From: a virus
Lineage: Duplodnaviria > Caudoviricetes
Strand: one strand, 5' to 3'
DNA: 64,000 bases
Virus record (IMG/VR): IMGVR_UViG_3300029288_000086
Span: 1 to 64,000 of that record
Shown: piece after piece, positions 20,978 to 33,752 of the stretch
How the letters are laid out: each line of letters begins with the position of its first letter
Position numbering within the stretch: position 1 is the stretch's first letter
Notes under the pieces: model-generated
Told to the model about the DNA's origin: nothing
The model's input: the letters and a program-made list of their open reading frames with translations, nothing else
Database searches by the model: none
Translations under genes and position numbers: made by a program

Positions 20978-21955
20978 ATGATATCAGATTATATCAATGG
21001 AATTGTAGCAGATTGTAAAAAACGTAATACGACGATCTTGATAGAACTTCTTATTACAAGAAAATGTAATTATCGTTGTAAACATTGTATGTATGATTGT
21101 AGTCCAGATGATTCATCGGAATATATGTCAGATGAAACACTAGGCAAAATAAAGAAGCAAATAGATTTTTTAAATAAAATGGGTCTGCCTACTTGTATAA
21201 ATTTGATAGGCGGTGAACCAACAATAAATTTTTCTAAATTTGAACATATTTTTAGAGAAGTCGAAACATGGAATACTTTTATCACAATTGGAACAAACGC
21301 TTGGTGGTTAGATAAGCCAGTCTTAGTAGATAGATTTTTTAAATTGATATCAAAGAGAGTTCAAGAAAAAAGAATTATTATAAGACTGTCGGATGATGAT
21401 TATCATATCCAAGAAAGAAAAATAAAATACCTAGACGACAAACTACAAGAAATATTTTCTGCTGGAATATTAGACAAATATAATTTAAATTATCCATCGT
21501 CAGAGCATGATTGGATTTATGATCAATCTGTATATAACAAAAATCATTTTCCAGGATATCCTTATGTAGTTTATCCGAACGGAAGAGGAAAATCTTGTGA
21601 TAATTATTTAGAATTCAAAAAATTAAATAATTTAAAAATAAGTGATAATATGTGCCTGCGAAGTTATCCTTGCGGATTTCAGATACATTATGACCCTTGG
21701 GGAAAAATATATGATGCATGTGGACAGGGAAGCATATATGACTTTGGAACAGTTGATGACAATATCTTGTTTATAGCATCTATTATTTGGAAGTATAAAG
21801 CATGGAGGCATTTTGATTCTGGAAAACAATACGATTGTTATAATTGTCGAACGTTAGTACAAGAATGGAAAAAAGATTATTTAGAAGATGCGAGAGAATT
21901 ATTTTCTAAATTTAATACAATGAATTACGATACATTTATGAAAGAATTATTATGA
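20978..21955 (+). CDS. radical SAM protein with Cys-rich C-terminus
   Basis: ITRKCNYRCKHC, IGGEP, TNAWW; start at 20978 fits the RBS and promoter. Confidence 0.85.
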   Translation: MISDYINGIVADCKKRNTTILIELLITRKCNYRCKHCMYDCSPDDSSEYMSDETLGKIKKQIDFLNKMGLPTCINLIGGEPTINFSKFEHIFREVETWNTFITIGTNAWWLDKPVLVDRFFKLISKRVQEKRIIIRLSDDDYHIQERKIKYLDDKLQEIFSAGILDKYNLNYPSSEHDWIYDQSVYNKNHFPGYPYVVYPNGRGKSCDNYLEFKKLNNLKISDNMCLRSYPCGFQIHYDPWGKIYDACGQGSIYDFGTVDDNILFIASIIWKYKAWRHFDSGKQYDCYNCRTLVQEWKKDYLEDARELFSKFNTMNYDTFMKELL

Positions 21956-22386
21956 ATGCAAAAGAAGAAATTGAATTCATGGAACAATGCAAGTCAATCG
22001 AATATCTTACCAATAGTGAAATAGATTGGCATCCGCCAGAAAAAGATATCTATACCTTTTATAAAGATTTTTTAACTTATCCTGTTATAGTAAGTAAAAA
22101 TTCTGGTCTTATGCTAATGGTAAAATCTATCCCTGAAAACTGGTCAATAGAAAAAGATTTGAAAGGGGATAAATTGAGGCTTGAAGAAGTTGATAAAAAT
22201 ATAAGTAGATTATGCAATTTGCTATCTAGTGAATTCATATCAAAAGCACCAAAAAATATAATTGAAGAGAATTGTAATAAATTAATGGATAATCAAAACG
22301 AATGGGATGTTTTAAATAAGAAAATAAGTATTATAGAAAAAGCAAAAATTTTTGTTGATTATATTGATAGTTTAGCTACACCATGA
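21952..22386 (+). CDS. protein with valyl-tRNA synthetase C-terminal coiled-coil arm-like region
   Basis: RLEE..KNISRL.NLLSSEFISKAPKNIIEENCNKL resembles ValRS L.N..F..KAP..VV..E..KL. Confidence 0.55.
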   Translation: MNAKEEIEFMEQCKSIEYLTNSEIDWHPPEKDIYTFYKDFLTYPVIVSKNSGLMLMVKSIPENWSIEKDLKGDKLRLEEVDKNISRLCNLLSSEFISKAPKNIIEENCNKLMDNQNEWDVLNKKISIIEKAKIFVDYIDSLATP

Positions 22387-22424
22387 AAGTGTTCTTTCAT
22401 TAGAAAATAAAAAGGAGATATAAA

Positions 22425-25400
22425 ATGAACAGAAAACAAGAATTGCAAAACATTATTTCCCAAGCACGTCAAGAATTGGGCAAAATTGAAGATCAAGAAA
22501 GATATGATCGAGACATTCAATATGTCGGAAAATACTATAAAATCAGAAACAATTTTTCTTGTCCGAAAGAAGAAAAAGATTATTGGTGGTTTTATATGAA
22601 TATTTATTGTATGGGAGAAAATGATGAGTTGTTATCTTTTAATTTCGAAAAAACTAGTGAAAACAAAATAAATATTGACACTAGAGAATACGCTTCTCTA
22701 TATGATGGATGGATTGAAATAACTAAAGAAGAATTTTGGGAAGCGTGGGAAAAACTAATGAGTGATTTGCAATCTTGTTTGCCTCCCCATGAAACGACTG
22801 TTTCATGCGCCGGAGAATAGGAGTAACCTATTAAATATTCAGAGATTTTTGAAAGAGATTACAATTTCTATTTGTTGAATAAGGATATATTTAATTTTTG
22901 TGGGATTCCTTCTAAATACCAAGCAATATCAGACAAAAATGGGAAATCTGCAAAAGAAGTTTTTTATAACATTGATAGTCGAGGAAAGAATATTCCATGC
23001 TTTGAACCAGAATTATTAAATCAATTGCTTTTATGTAAAGGATCGATAAATTTTAATATAAAACTATGGGCAGACGGAGTGTGGCGAGGATTATTTTTTC
23101 CATTAGATATTGAGGAAATAATAACAGAATATAGTTGTCCCGATTGGGTAAGAGATGCAATTAAAAAGCAATGTGAAAAAATCATTAAAGAAAAAGGTAA
23201 GTGTAAATATTAATATCATGAAATTTTACTTTCATTGGGTTAAATGAAAAAGGAGAGATATGTCGAAATATTATAATGAATCAGAATTTTTACATGTGGA
23301 TGATATTTATGCTCTTTGTGACAGATATCACGGAGAAGGGCAAATTCCAGAGACATATACGGGGAAAGTTGTAGACAAAAAGGGGAATAGGGTTATATTT
23401 GGACATGTTAGCCTCTTTGAAACAACTGGTATTATAGCTATTCCTTATAGTGATAAGGAACTGGCACAAAGAGAAAAACAAGGTCTTTTAAATGTTGATT
23501 ATAGTAAATGTAGCGGAAGTTTTACATCATCAACCCGATAAAACGCTTGTTTCATGTGATAAATAAAAAAGGAGAATAGAATGAAAATTTACAAACATAA
23601 ATGCCCTAAATGCGAACAAATTGACAACTACAATCAAAAAGACATAGATAATGCCCTAAAGCGTAAAGGCGAAATTGTAGTCAGGGCAACGTGCTCTAAT
23701 TGTGGTTATAAGTCTGAGTTGTTTTATAAACAAGTTTTTTCCCAATGAATGACTTATTTTATTAGAAAAAGGAGATGATATGGACGACGAAAAAGAAGAT
23801 AAATTATTAAAATGGTGGAAATCTCATCCTGTTTTTTGGACGATATGTTGCTCATTATACCTTATGGGGCTATTTGTATTTGCTGGATATTTAGTATATT
23901 CAATGACAACATTACCTCCATTAACCCCATAAAATGCATATTTCATTGAAAGGAACATAAATGACTAAAAAAGAAAAATTAGCTTTGGCTGAAGCAATAA
24001 TGGTAATCTATCTCAATGACAGGTCTGATTATCTTCCTGCATTATGGTCAATAGTAGGAATTTTAGGTGGGGAAAAAGTAAAACAGTTATTAATTGAAGA
24101 CGAACAAAAATGTATAAAAAAATACGGAATGTTAGGAGAATAACTTATGACTGATCAACCCGCAACACCTTATCTTAAAAAAAATCAAAAAATTTGTACC
24201 TGTTGCCAACTTCCATTTAAATATACTAAAAAATGGAATCCAGAAGTCTTGATGCGAGAAGCTATTAAAATTTATGGGGAAACAGTTAAGTTTGAAAAAG
24301 ATGTAGAAATTTGTAGGAAGTGTTGGGATGGATTAGAGAGACCGAAAGAAGAGGAGCCGAAACTTGAAGCCAATGGGAAAACATATCGGAAAGATTCTAG
24401 CGGTTTTTTATATCCAACTTAATAAAATGAGGATTTCATGCAGTTAAAATTAGACGAAATTATAAAATTGCCAAAAATTTTAAGAAAAGATTTAAAATAT
24501 CTTTGGTATTCTGGTTATTGGGATGGTGTTAGAAGCGGAATGCTTTCTTATAATAATCAAAGATATTGGTTTTCTCTTTTTGATGAGGCAATAGATTATG
24601 CTAAATACGACGAAGAAACTGGATATGAAGACATCGGATGGTGGAGGCGATATGCTATAATAGAATTATCCGAAGATCAACATAAAAAAGCACAATATTG
24701 GCATGATTTATTTTATAAATATGTAGGAGTTTATTGTACATATGACGAAAATGAAAAACTTTTAGGACAGGATTTCCCGCAAGAAATTGGTGAAAATGGA
24801 ATTAAATATCATTTAGGTGCAAGGCCCATGGAATTACATCATTTATTTTTTGACGAAGTAAAGAAACAATGTCCAAATTCAACAACTGATGCAGGACTTA
24901 GTGATGGTAAAATTATTGGATGGTCTGAAGTTTAATGAAACTGATATTTTATCGGATAAAAACAAAAAGAGGTATGAATGGCTATAGTTATTTTAGTTTT
25001 AGTCGCTGAGGGAATTGTGGGATTTCTCTCTGGGTTTTTTCTAACAATCTTAGATAGTTTTGATAGAGAATATATATATGGAAAAATTAAAGATGGATAT
25101 AAAAAATGTAATTGGCTTGGGTATATTTTATATTCTTTACTTTTAATTTTAGGCATTCCAGTTTTCATAAGCATTGAAATAGGTCATGGAATAATTGTAA
25201 TAGCTTGTTTGTTATATAAATGGAGTACAAAAGCTCCAAAAAATAGTGCATAAATATAAAGTTTAATTAAAAAACTAGATGAGGAAAAATATGAAAAAAA
25301 TATATAGGTTATGTACCCAATGTACTCCGCACCACATTGAAAATTGTGAAAATTGCTTTGGATTTGGAGTTTACTCTTTAAAACATGGAGATTGTGTTTA

Positions 25401-26831
25401 TGCTATGGATGCGGGATTAACTATTAGAAAAGTAATAAAATGTCCAGAATGTGGTAGTGATGAAAACGGTGCTCCTGTTGATTGGGAAAAATTAAATAAA
25501 TAATACCCCACGAAACCGGTATTTTATGTGGTAAGAAAGGATAAAAATGGAAATTTTAAATGTGGACATAGTGGATAATGGACTCTATGTAGATTGGGAT
25601 GACCCAGAATTTGGTAAAAACAGTCTTGAAGTTTATAGAATAGATAATGAACAAGCAACTTATGATGGGAGAATTACCGTCTATTCAGAAAAAGAAACGA
25701 GCAGAGAAATAATTAGAAATGTTTTTTGTGCATTGGCAGATTTTTGTATAAAAACCACCAATATTAAGTAACCCCATAAAAGAACCATTTCATGCATTTG
25801 AAAGGATAAATTATGAATAAAGATGCATATATAGCAATATTGACTGAAGCATTAATAGACTTATATGAGCCCGCAAAAATTGCGGTCAGCCAAATTATTT
25901 GTATGGGAGGAGATGAGATATGTCAGCCATGCAAAAATAGAGAAGAATTGGCACTGGCATTAGAAAAAGTTGAAAAGTTATTAGGATTGTAAAAATGTAT
26001 TGCGGAGATTGACATCAAAATACAATCATGTGACCTATTTGGTAGGTCTAACCACTTTCTCCATATGGAGAAAGTGCCTCTTGACAAAATAACAAAAATA
26101 GTGTAAACTTTACAAAATTGAACCTACATTAAGGAGAAAAGATTATGGGTAAAATGAAGGATTTAGATGTTGATAGCATGGATGATTTTGAAGACGCAGA
26201 GCCAACAGATGCAGAATTAAAAAAAATGTTGCGAGATGAACATGTAAAGAGCGAGGCAGAATTTAAGGATAAGATTTTAGAGGATTGGGACTCTGTAATT
26301 TGCCCAGCGTGTTTAAAAGATGTAAAATTAACAAAAGCAGTTTTTATAGATGATGCACCTTATCATAAATGGTGTGCAGAAGAATCAGGATTAATATGAA
26401 AACTAAAATTTCACAAGACGAATATGATCTGCTTACATTTTTAAAATCAACATATCGCCAATTTCAACAATTGGCTGATAGATTTTATTATTACGCTAAA
26501 AAAGTTGTTAAGACAGAAGAAGATGGTTGGCTAACTGATTATTTTAATGATGTTGTTCATGTGAATGACTTTCTCAAAAATATGGATATCGAGGTAGAAA
26601 AGAAAAATGAAAAAAATTAAATTTGAATTAACCGAAGAGCCGTTGTCTTTCTGTGATCCTCAACATTTTATTGCCGAAATATCTTTGAATGGTGAACAAA
26701 TTGAAGATTACTTACAAGCATTTAAAGCATTTCTAATAGCTTGCAGTTTCACAGAAGAAACAGTTTCCACTATCCAAACGGAGGAACAATTTTATTTAGA
26801 TACTCAAAAAGACTTGACAGATTCAGAATAG
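22425..26831 (+). CDS. array of ~16 small hypothetical ORFs, most bracketed by repeat sites
   Basis: e.g. 22425-22820, 22872-23213, 23260-23541, 23581-23748, 23780-23932, 23961-24143, 24147-24422, 24438-24935, 24978-25253, 25279-25503, 25547-25771, 26145-26399, 26607-26831; mostly AGGAG-type RBS. Confidence 0.7.
26053..26109 (+). promoter_or_regulatory. 24-bp perfect palindrome abutting a sigma70-type promoter
   Basis: CACTTTCTCCATATGGAGAAAGTG 26053-26076; TTGACA 26081-17-TAAACT. Confidence 0.7.
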
Positions 26832-26842
26832 TATGATAATAT
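26814..26842 (+). promoter_or_regulatory. promoter of the tyrosine recombinase
   Basis: TTGACA-17-TAATAT with TGn, ~25 nt before the ATG. Confidence 0.7.
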
Positions 26843-26866
26843 TATCTTTATAGAAAATGAGGCATT

Positions 26867-27775
26867 ATGAAAGAACTTCAAGAATTTTTATATAGAAAAG
26901 ATATTAAATCTGATCACACTAGGAAATCATATCAAAATTGTGTTGGGCAACTTTTGGCTCATTATAATATTGAAACCCTAGAAGATTACAAAAAATTAGA
27001 ATTGTCTGATTTCGAAAATCATCTTAACTCTTTACCTATCAAAGATTCATCCTATAACCAGCACCTCCGCTCTTTAAAAGCATTTTCTGCGTGGTTGAAA
27101 AATCATAATAAAATCGCACAAGATATTTTAAAGCCAATCAAGCTAACTAGCGTAAAAAAAGTAAGTGGTAATAAAGATTACGATCAAAAAAGAAGGGCAA
27201 AAGAAAAATTATACCTTGCAGATGATGAAATACAAAAAATGATTTCTGTTTCAAAAAGTATAAATTCAAAACTTGCAATTGCTTTAATGGGATATATGGG
27301 GTTGCGTCGAGAAGAACTTATTAATTTAACTATTTCTGATATCCATGGAGATAAACTTGGAGTGTCTGGTAAGGGTGGTTCTTATAAAGAAAGAAAGATG
27401 CCTCCTGTGGTTAAATTTCTATTAGATGAATATCTCAAAAATAGAAAAAATGATTGTGAATATCTTATTGTCTCTAAGGTTGGAGAACATCAAGTAAAAA
27501 ATACTCATTCTGTTTATGAACGCATTAAGTCTGCTGGAAGAAAAGCAGGAATTGATTCTGAAAAAATGAAATTAGTTACCCCCCATACTATGAGGAGAAG
27601 CATGTGTTGTAATGCGTCACTTAGAGGTGTGCCAACTCCTGTTATTCAACTTATGGCTCGTCATGAAAAACTTGAGACCACGACAATTTATTTGGAAGCA
27701 TTGAAAGACTCAGAAGCTGTTGATGCAGCATTTGATTCACAGCCGATGCCCGATATGTCTGTCCTAACGGCATAA
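26867..27775 (+). CDS. tyrosine recombinase (XerC/D-like, 302 aa)
   Basis: Full catalytic set: GLRREEL (R), GKGG (K), PHTMRR (HxxR), ARHE (H), TTIY (Y); N-terminal core-binding-like region (SDHTRKSY...LRSLKAFSAWL). Confidence 0.92.
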   Translation: MKELQEFLYRKDIKSDHTRKSYQNCVGQLLAHYNIETLEDYKKLELSDFENHLNSLPIKDSSYNQHLRSLKAFSAWLKNHNKIAQDILKPIKLTSVKKVSGNKDYDQKRRAKEKLYLADDEIQKMISVSKSINSKLAIALMGYMGLRREELINLTISDIHGDKLGVSGKGGSYKERKMPPVVKFLLDEYLKNRKNDCEYLIVSKVGEHQVKNTHSVYERIKSAGRKAGIDSEKMKLVTPHTMRRSMCCNASLRGVPTPVIQLMARHEKLETTTIYLEALKDSEAVDAAFDSQPMPDMSVLTA

Positions 27776-27809
27776 AAATATTTCAATCTAATGAAATGGA
27801 GGCGTTGCA

Positions 27810-30800
27810 ATGAATACAGAAGAATATGTTGAATTAGATAAAAGATTATGGCTGAGTTTCGTACAATGGTATGATGAAAGTTTCCAAGGATGTGACTGGA
27901 TGCCAATGATGTCTGGTACAAATGTTATGAGTAATAAAACCAGAAAATTGATAGCATATAAAACCAACATACCAGAAAGATATTTTGTGATAAGCGAAAA
28001 TATTGTTAATTCGCCATGGAAAAAATGTATTCAATAAAAGGAGATATAAAATGGAAAAATGGATTGTACTAGAAATTTGTTTAGAAAATTACACTGCTGA
28101 GATTATGCGTGATGGAAAGTATTTTGATGAAGAAGTTTTGTATTTTAATTCTTTTATCGTAGCCGAAGATTATGTGAGAAAACATGCATATGGCGGATAT
28201 GTTTATAAATATATTAATCTAATGGGATGAAGAAATCTCATAAAAATTTGGGTTACACAACAGAGATTAAAAAAGGAGAATAATAAATTATGACTGAATA
28301 TAATGCCGGGGATTCTATTAGTATTAAAGGAAACGAATATCAAATCTTATATTTTCACAAAGGGACTGGCTCTAGTCCTCTAACGGCAAGACTGCGTGGA
28401 AAAAACGGGTTTGAAATGGATATATTGAAATCGGAATTAAAAGCAGATGAGCCTGTTAAAGATACTGTTAAATCTGTAAAACAGGAAGTAGTAACCACGG
28501 TTGCGGTTCCGTTAGAAAAGATTGTTGAAGAGCAAACAGAAAAAATAGCGGTTGAAAAAAAGGCATATAAAAAGAAATATAAGAAAAATAAATAATTACA
28601 CCGTGAAAGTTCAATTTCATGGGGAATAAACAAGAATGGGAGATAATATGTTATATAAAGAAGTAGAACTTGTTGATGGAAATCCAGTCCAATATGTAGG
28701 AGTTCATGTTGTGCGTTGGAAATCAGAATGGGGAGATCCCTCTATTGGCTTTACAGAAACAGATAATTTGGAAGAACTTTTGCAAAATGCTTACATGGCA
28801 GGATTCTCTCAAGGAACTGCACAAAACATCGGAACAACTAGTGCTCTTGAAAAAGCGCAGGCATATATTGATTTTATTTTAAGATCCCAATAAAAGGGAA
28901 ATTTCATGGAGGAAATTATGAATAAACCAACGTATCATCTCGTAAATAATGACAGTGTTATCGCAACAGTATATGAGAGCGATAAATATGGTAGAACTCT
29001 TGCCATTAGGGGCACAATAAACCCAGAATTCGAAATAAGAATTTGGTCAACACCAGAAGGTAAAATGATAAACGATATTGATTTGATGGAATTTTTGTCA
29101 AGTATGATCCCAACAAACGGCAAATAAGGAAGAGGTGCTTTATGGGCATGATTGAATATTACGGCACACAAATGGATAATTTATCAGTTCTTAATGCTGA
29201 TACTATGTCGGCATATAAAAAAATTGTACCTCATGCCTGTCATTGCGGAAAACATGAAGATGATTATGTGACTGATTTTGGTTTATGGAATCCTGTTACA
29301 AATATTAGTCATACTTGGCAAGTTGTAAAATTACTTGAAAACTTTGGATACACAGGATATGATTATGACACAGTTTTTTATACATTCTATTTGGAATGTC
29401 CAGAGTGTAACGATCATGAAAAATTAAGATATGAAGGTGATGGATTAAATTTTGGTCAAGCGGTTTGCAATACACTGATTAAATTCGCCGATGATTATAA
29501 ATTTGCCTAATGAAATAAAGGTTTCATTGCAATAAAGAGGAGGACTGAAAATGGAAAGCGCAGAAAGCATAATTATTTTAAATAAAATACAAAAAGAACA
29601 ATTGGACAAATTATCTATTCGTGACATTCTTGAATCTTTTATAAATCAAGATAACGATGCCATAAAAGAACCAGTTAAAGAAGCTATTTTAAAAGTATTA
29701 AAAGACAAGTCTTCAATAAAATAGAGATTTCATTAGATTAAGAAGGAAAAATATGTCACAGCGATACGATTTCGTTCAAGAAATAAAAAATCTACCCTTT
29801 AATATCAAAAATATTTTAGGGTGGTTAAAGGTGCTTTGGAATAATTTCGATTGGAGCGGTGATTTTTTATTAGAAATTATAGAATATAAATTGCAAAGAA
29901 TGAAGCGATATATGGAAGTTGATACTTTTGTTTGCGAAGAATCAGCACAAGAAGATATTGACCAGATAAATTCTTGCTTGGAGGCTTGTAAAAATTTAAT
30001 ATCAAATGATTATGAAACTGATTTAGCGGTGAAGCATTTTGATAAATACCCTGTTGTATGGTTACACAAAGCCGATGAAAACGGGCATGAATACACCACG
30101 ATGCAATCAATGGGGGAACAAGAAAAAATAGAATTTGACGAAATGACCAAATTAATTGATGAATATCAAGAAAAATATAAGCACCAACTATTTGACACAT
30201 TACGTGAAAAATATGGTTGGTGGGGAGATTAAAATGTCATATTGGAATCATAGAGTTATACAAAAAAATTATCCAGAAGAAAACTATACAGAATATTCTA
30301 TTCGAGAAGTGTTTTACAATGACGATAATACTATTTATGCTTATACAGAAAATCCGATGCGACTTCATGGAGAGTCCATTGAATCTTTACGTAAATATTT
30401 GGAATGGTGTTTAAAAGCCTTAGATCAACCTGTTTTAATAGATGGGGAGGTTATGTTTAATGATAATGGAGATAATGAAGAAGATGGGGATGGATTTGAT
30501 AATATTGATGATTTCATTAAATCGTTAGATGAAGAAAACGATGGTTTAGACGAAGAATTTGATGGCGATATTCCTTTAACTTTAGGAGATAGTTAATGAA
30601 ATAGTGGTTTCATTGGGTTTTATTAGATTGTTTTTAGGTGGCAACAGAAAAGGATAAGGTGAAGGTAATGGGTATTTTGAATGGTGAAGAGATTAGCAAG
30701 AAAGTAAGGTATCTAATAGATTATGAAAAGATTGAAGAAAACAACTTTCAAAGCAATGTGCAAGAGGCATTGAAATTCTATCTAAATAACAAAGATAATA

Positions 30801-33723
30801 TTAGTGGCGATGATTCAAATTCCGATGACGTGAGAATAGAAGGATTTTTATTATGCCCGCAAGCATTAAACCCGTTTTTGAAAATTGTGGAATCTTTAAA
30901 TGAAGTGGACAGATTTCTAATTCTTCCCCAAAGATATTACGGAAGTGAATTTGATACAACCGGGTGGACAGAATACATCGTTATTTGGACTGGGAAAAAA
31001 TGTTTTCCTGTCGAAATTATAACTAAAAGCGTTTAATTGATTCGGGTTGCCACCTAAAATCAGTTTAATAAAAAGGAGAAATAAAAATGACTACTGGCGA
31101 TCCAACAAATACATGTCCATATTGTAACGTTACATATTATATTGTAAATGGTCATAATTGTACTCATTCTGTTTATAATAGATTTGGAAATAACTATTAC
31201 CAAGTTGGCGATATGTTGGAATATAATTTAGACAACATGTTTTATATTATTGGAGAATATGATATAACTTTTCCAAATAAAGCATATCCTGCCAAAATAT
31301 ATGCCGAAGGTAAATTGAAAGAATTGAACGATAATACAATGAAAGTTGTGACATACGATGAGGCGATTCAGATTCTTGATAAAAATAATTATATTTTATA
31401 TGGATTGAATCCATGAAATGCCCGTTTCATGCGCATTTAACCTTGACAAGAATATAAATATGTGATAGTATTAAAAGAAAAAGGAGATATGAAATGACAA
31501 ATACAGAATCACAATCAATAGATATTGGAGAGCCATTATCCCTAGGTACAGATTATAAATCAGAACTTAATATTGGAAATGGTATTATTATAGCAAAATC
31601 TACCCATCCATTTCCTAATTTATGGATTCGGTTTTGGTATAAGTTGTTATTAGGATGGGTTTGGAAAAAATTAACACCATGAAACGCAAGTTTCATTTGG
31701 TATGACAAATAAGATAAAATTAGTATAATATAAGGAGATATATGAATACAAAAAATGTAATTGTAAACGGTGAATCTTTAAGCACTATTTTGAGGCACTA
31801 TTATGCTATTGATAAATTAATCAAAGAAGTAAAGAAAAACGATGGAAGTTTTTACGAATGGGATAATGCCAGAGGAATGAGTGAGTTTGATGAAGGTGTA
31901 GAAGCAGCTATTGAATTTAAGAACTTAACACTATAAAATTAGTGTTTTATTAGATTAAATATAAAAAGGAGAATAACAATGGCAACAGATGAAAATTTAA
32001 TTGCAAAAATGATAGAGCTAGAAGACGAATATGGTGTTACTTTATTGACAGAAGATGAAGTCCAAGAATTTCTAAAATCTGATTTGGCACAACTGGAGTA
32101 TTTGGTAAAACGCGAAGTTGATCGGTCAGACGCTTGGGATACAACTTCAGAAATTAAAAAGGCATGGGCTGAAGGAATTAATCAAGGATTATTTTTGGCA
32201 AAACAATATTATGATACTAGAATTGATGAAGGATTTTAAAATTGAACTTCCAACTTTTACAGAGGCAAGTAAAGCCGTCGATTTAAACAACGCAAACCCA
32301 TTAGAGAAATTCATTTTTGAAAATGAACCGGCAGGGAATGAAGATGGATTTCTTTTCAGAGTGGGATTAATTGATCTTTTAAATTACGCTCATGAAGAAA
32401 TTGATGATTTTGTGTTTGAAAACAATGAAGAAGCTGAATTTTATCGAATTAATGATATTAAACAATAATTATTAACTATACGAATGGAGAAACTATTATA
32501 TTTGATAATAGTTAATAATCAGAAATACCCCATGAAATCGGCATTTCATGGACTAAAATAAAATTAGATAAATAAGGAGATAATATGATTTCAAATACAG
32601 TCAAGAATAAGTTGAAAGTTTCTTTGACAGAAAACCTTGAAGATTGGTGGGAAACAGAAAGTGGAAATATGCTTGGAGATATTCCATGGCTTGGGGACAA
32701 TACTATTGATAATATGGCAGAATCGGTTTTACTAATATTGCTATCTCTTGATGATGCTCAAGATTGGATGTCAAAAGAAGGCATGTTCACGGAAGATGTT
32801 TAACCCAATGAAATTGGCCTTTTTCATGGGGCTATAAAGAGATAAAATGGAAAATTTTGAAATATATCATGCTTATATAGAATCATCTGATCCTGATGAT
32901 TATCCATTCAAAGACGCTGGAGTATTTTTGAATGATTACGATTTGGCATTAACCTCATTGCTAAAAACTTGGAGAACTATTAAAAATCATTTTGACAAAA
33001 CTGAACAGTATAATCCATATTCGTATTTAGTAATAGATAGTTGGAAATATAATGGAAATTCAAAATTATCAAATAATCGCATATATTCAGAATATAGTTT
33101 AGATGTAAATATAGAAAACATAGGAGAAAAATGAAAAAATATCAAGTGTTGTTTTGCAATGACAATAAGATTTGTTTTCAAGGGGAAGACGGAATTGTTA
33201 ATCCACAAGAAGCTTTAAGTGGCGGAGGAAATATCTTTGATTTTTCGAGCGATAAAAAAGAGTTGAGAATGAAGCCAGGAACAAAACCAGATGAATATGT
33301 GAGTGTTGAGCATGTTGAGTTTTGGTTAGTAAAATAACCCCATAAAAGCGTCATTTCATTAGGTAAAATTATATAAAAGGATAAATAATGAAACATATTT
33401 ATGATTGTACATATACGTATCAATTGGCAAGAAAGAAATTGTTTGGCACAAGGAAAGACAGTTATTGGGGATATATTAAACCGGCATATGTGGATGAATT
33501 GATTGTATCGGACTTCTTTAGAAATCAATTAAAAGATGTAGGCGATAAACATCAAAACGGAGATGATTGGTATTTAGACTATACAATTACCGAAGTAGAA
33601 GTTAGATATAAAATTGCTGATGAATTATATAGTTTTTCTGGGTTATCTTCCAATTTATCTGCCGGAGATTTCTTAGAGTATTGTAAAGATCATATGATTA
33701 CATCAGTAATTATTACTACATGA
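27810..33723 (+). CDS. array of ~19 small hypothetical ORFs, mostly site-delimited
   Basis: e.g. 28290-28595, 28636-28893, 28906-29127, 29142-29510, 29551-29724, 29753-30232, 30234-30596, 31087-31416, 31494-31682, 31742-31936, 31979-32239, 32585-32803, 32847-33134, 33131-33337, 33388-33723. Confidence 0.7.
30618..31073. mobile_element. single ORF (30668-31036) flanked by 28-bp terminal inverted repeats
   Basis: 30618-30645 TTTTATTAGATTGTTTTTAGGTGGCAAC versus the reverse complement of 31046-31073: 25/28 identical. Mobility is inferred only. Confidence 0.5.
31443..31471 (+). promoter_or_regulatory. sigma70-type promoter
   Basis: TTGACA-17-TAGTAT with TGn. Confidence 0.75.
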
Positions 33724-33752
33724 AACTGCCATTTCATTGAAAGGAGGAATTA

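Noticed and set aside
32468-32519. 12-bp inverted repeat ATTATTAACTAT/ATAGTTAATAAT
   Set aside because: Almost all A/T with a long loop; plausible by chance in this composition.
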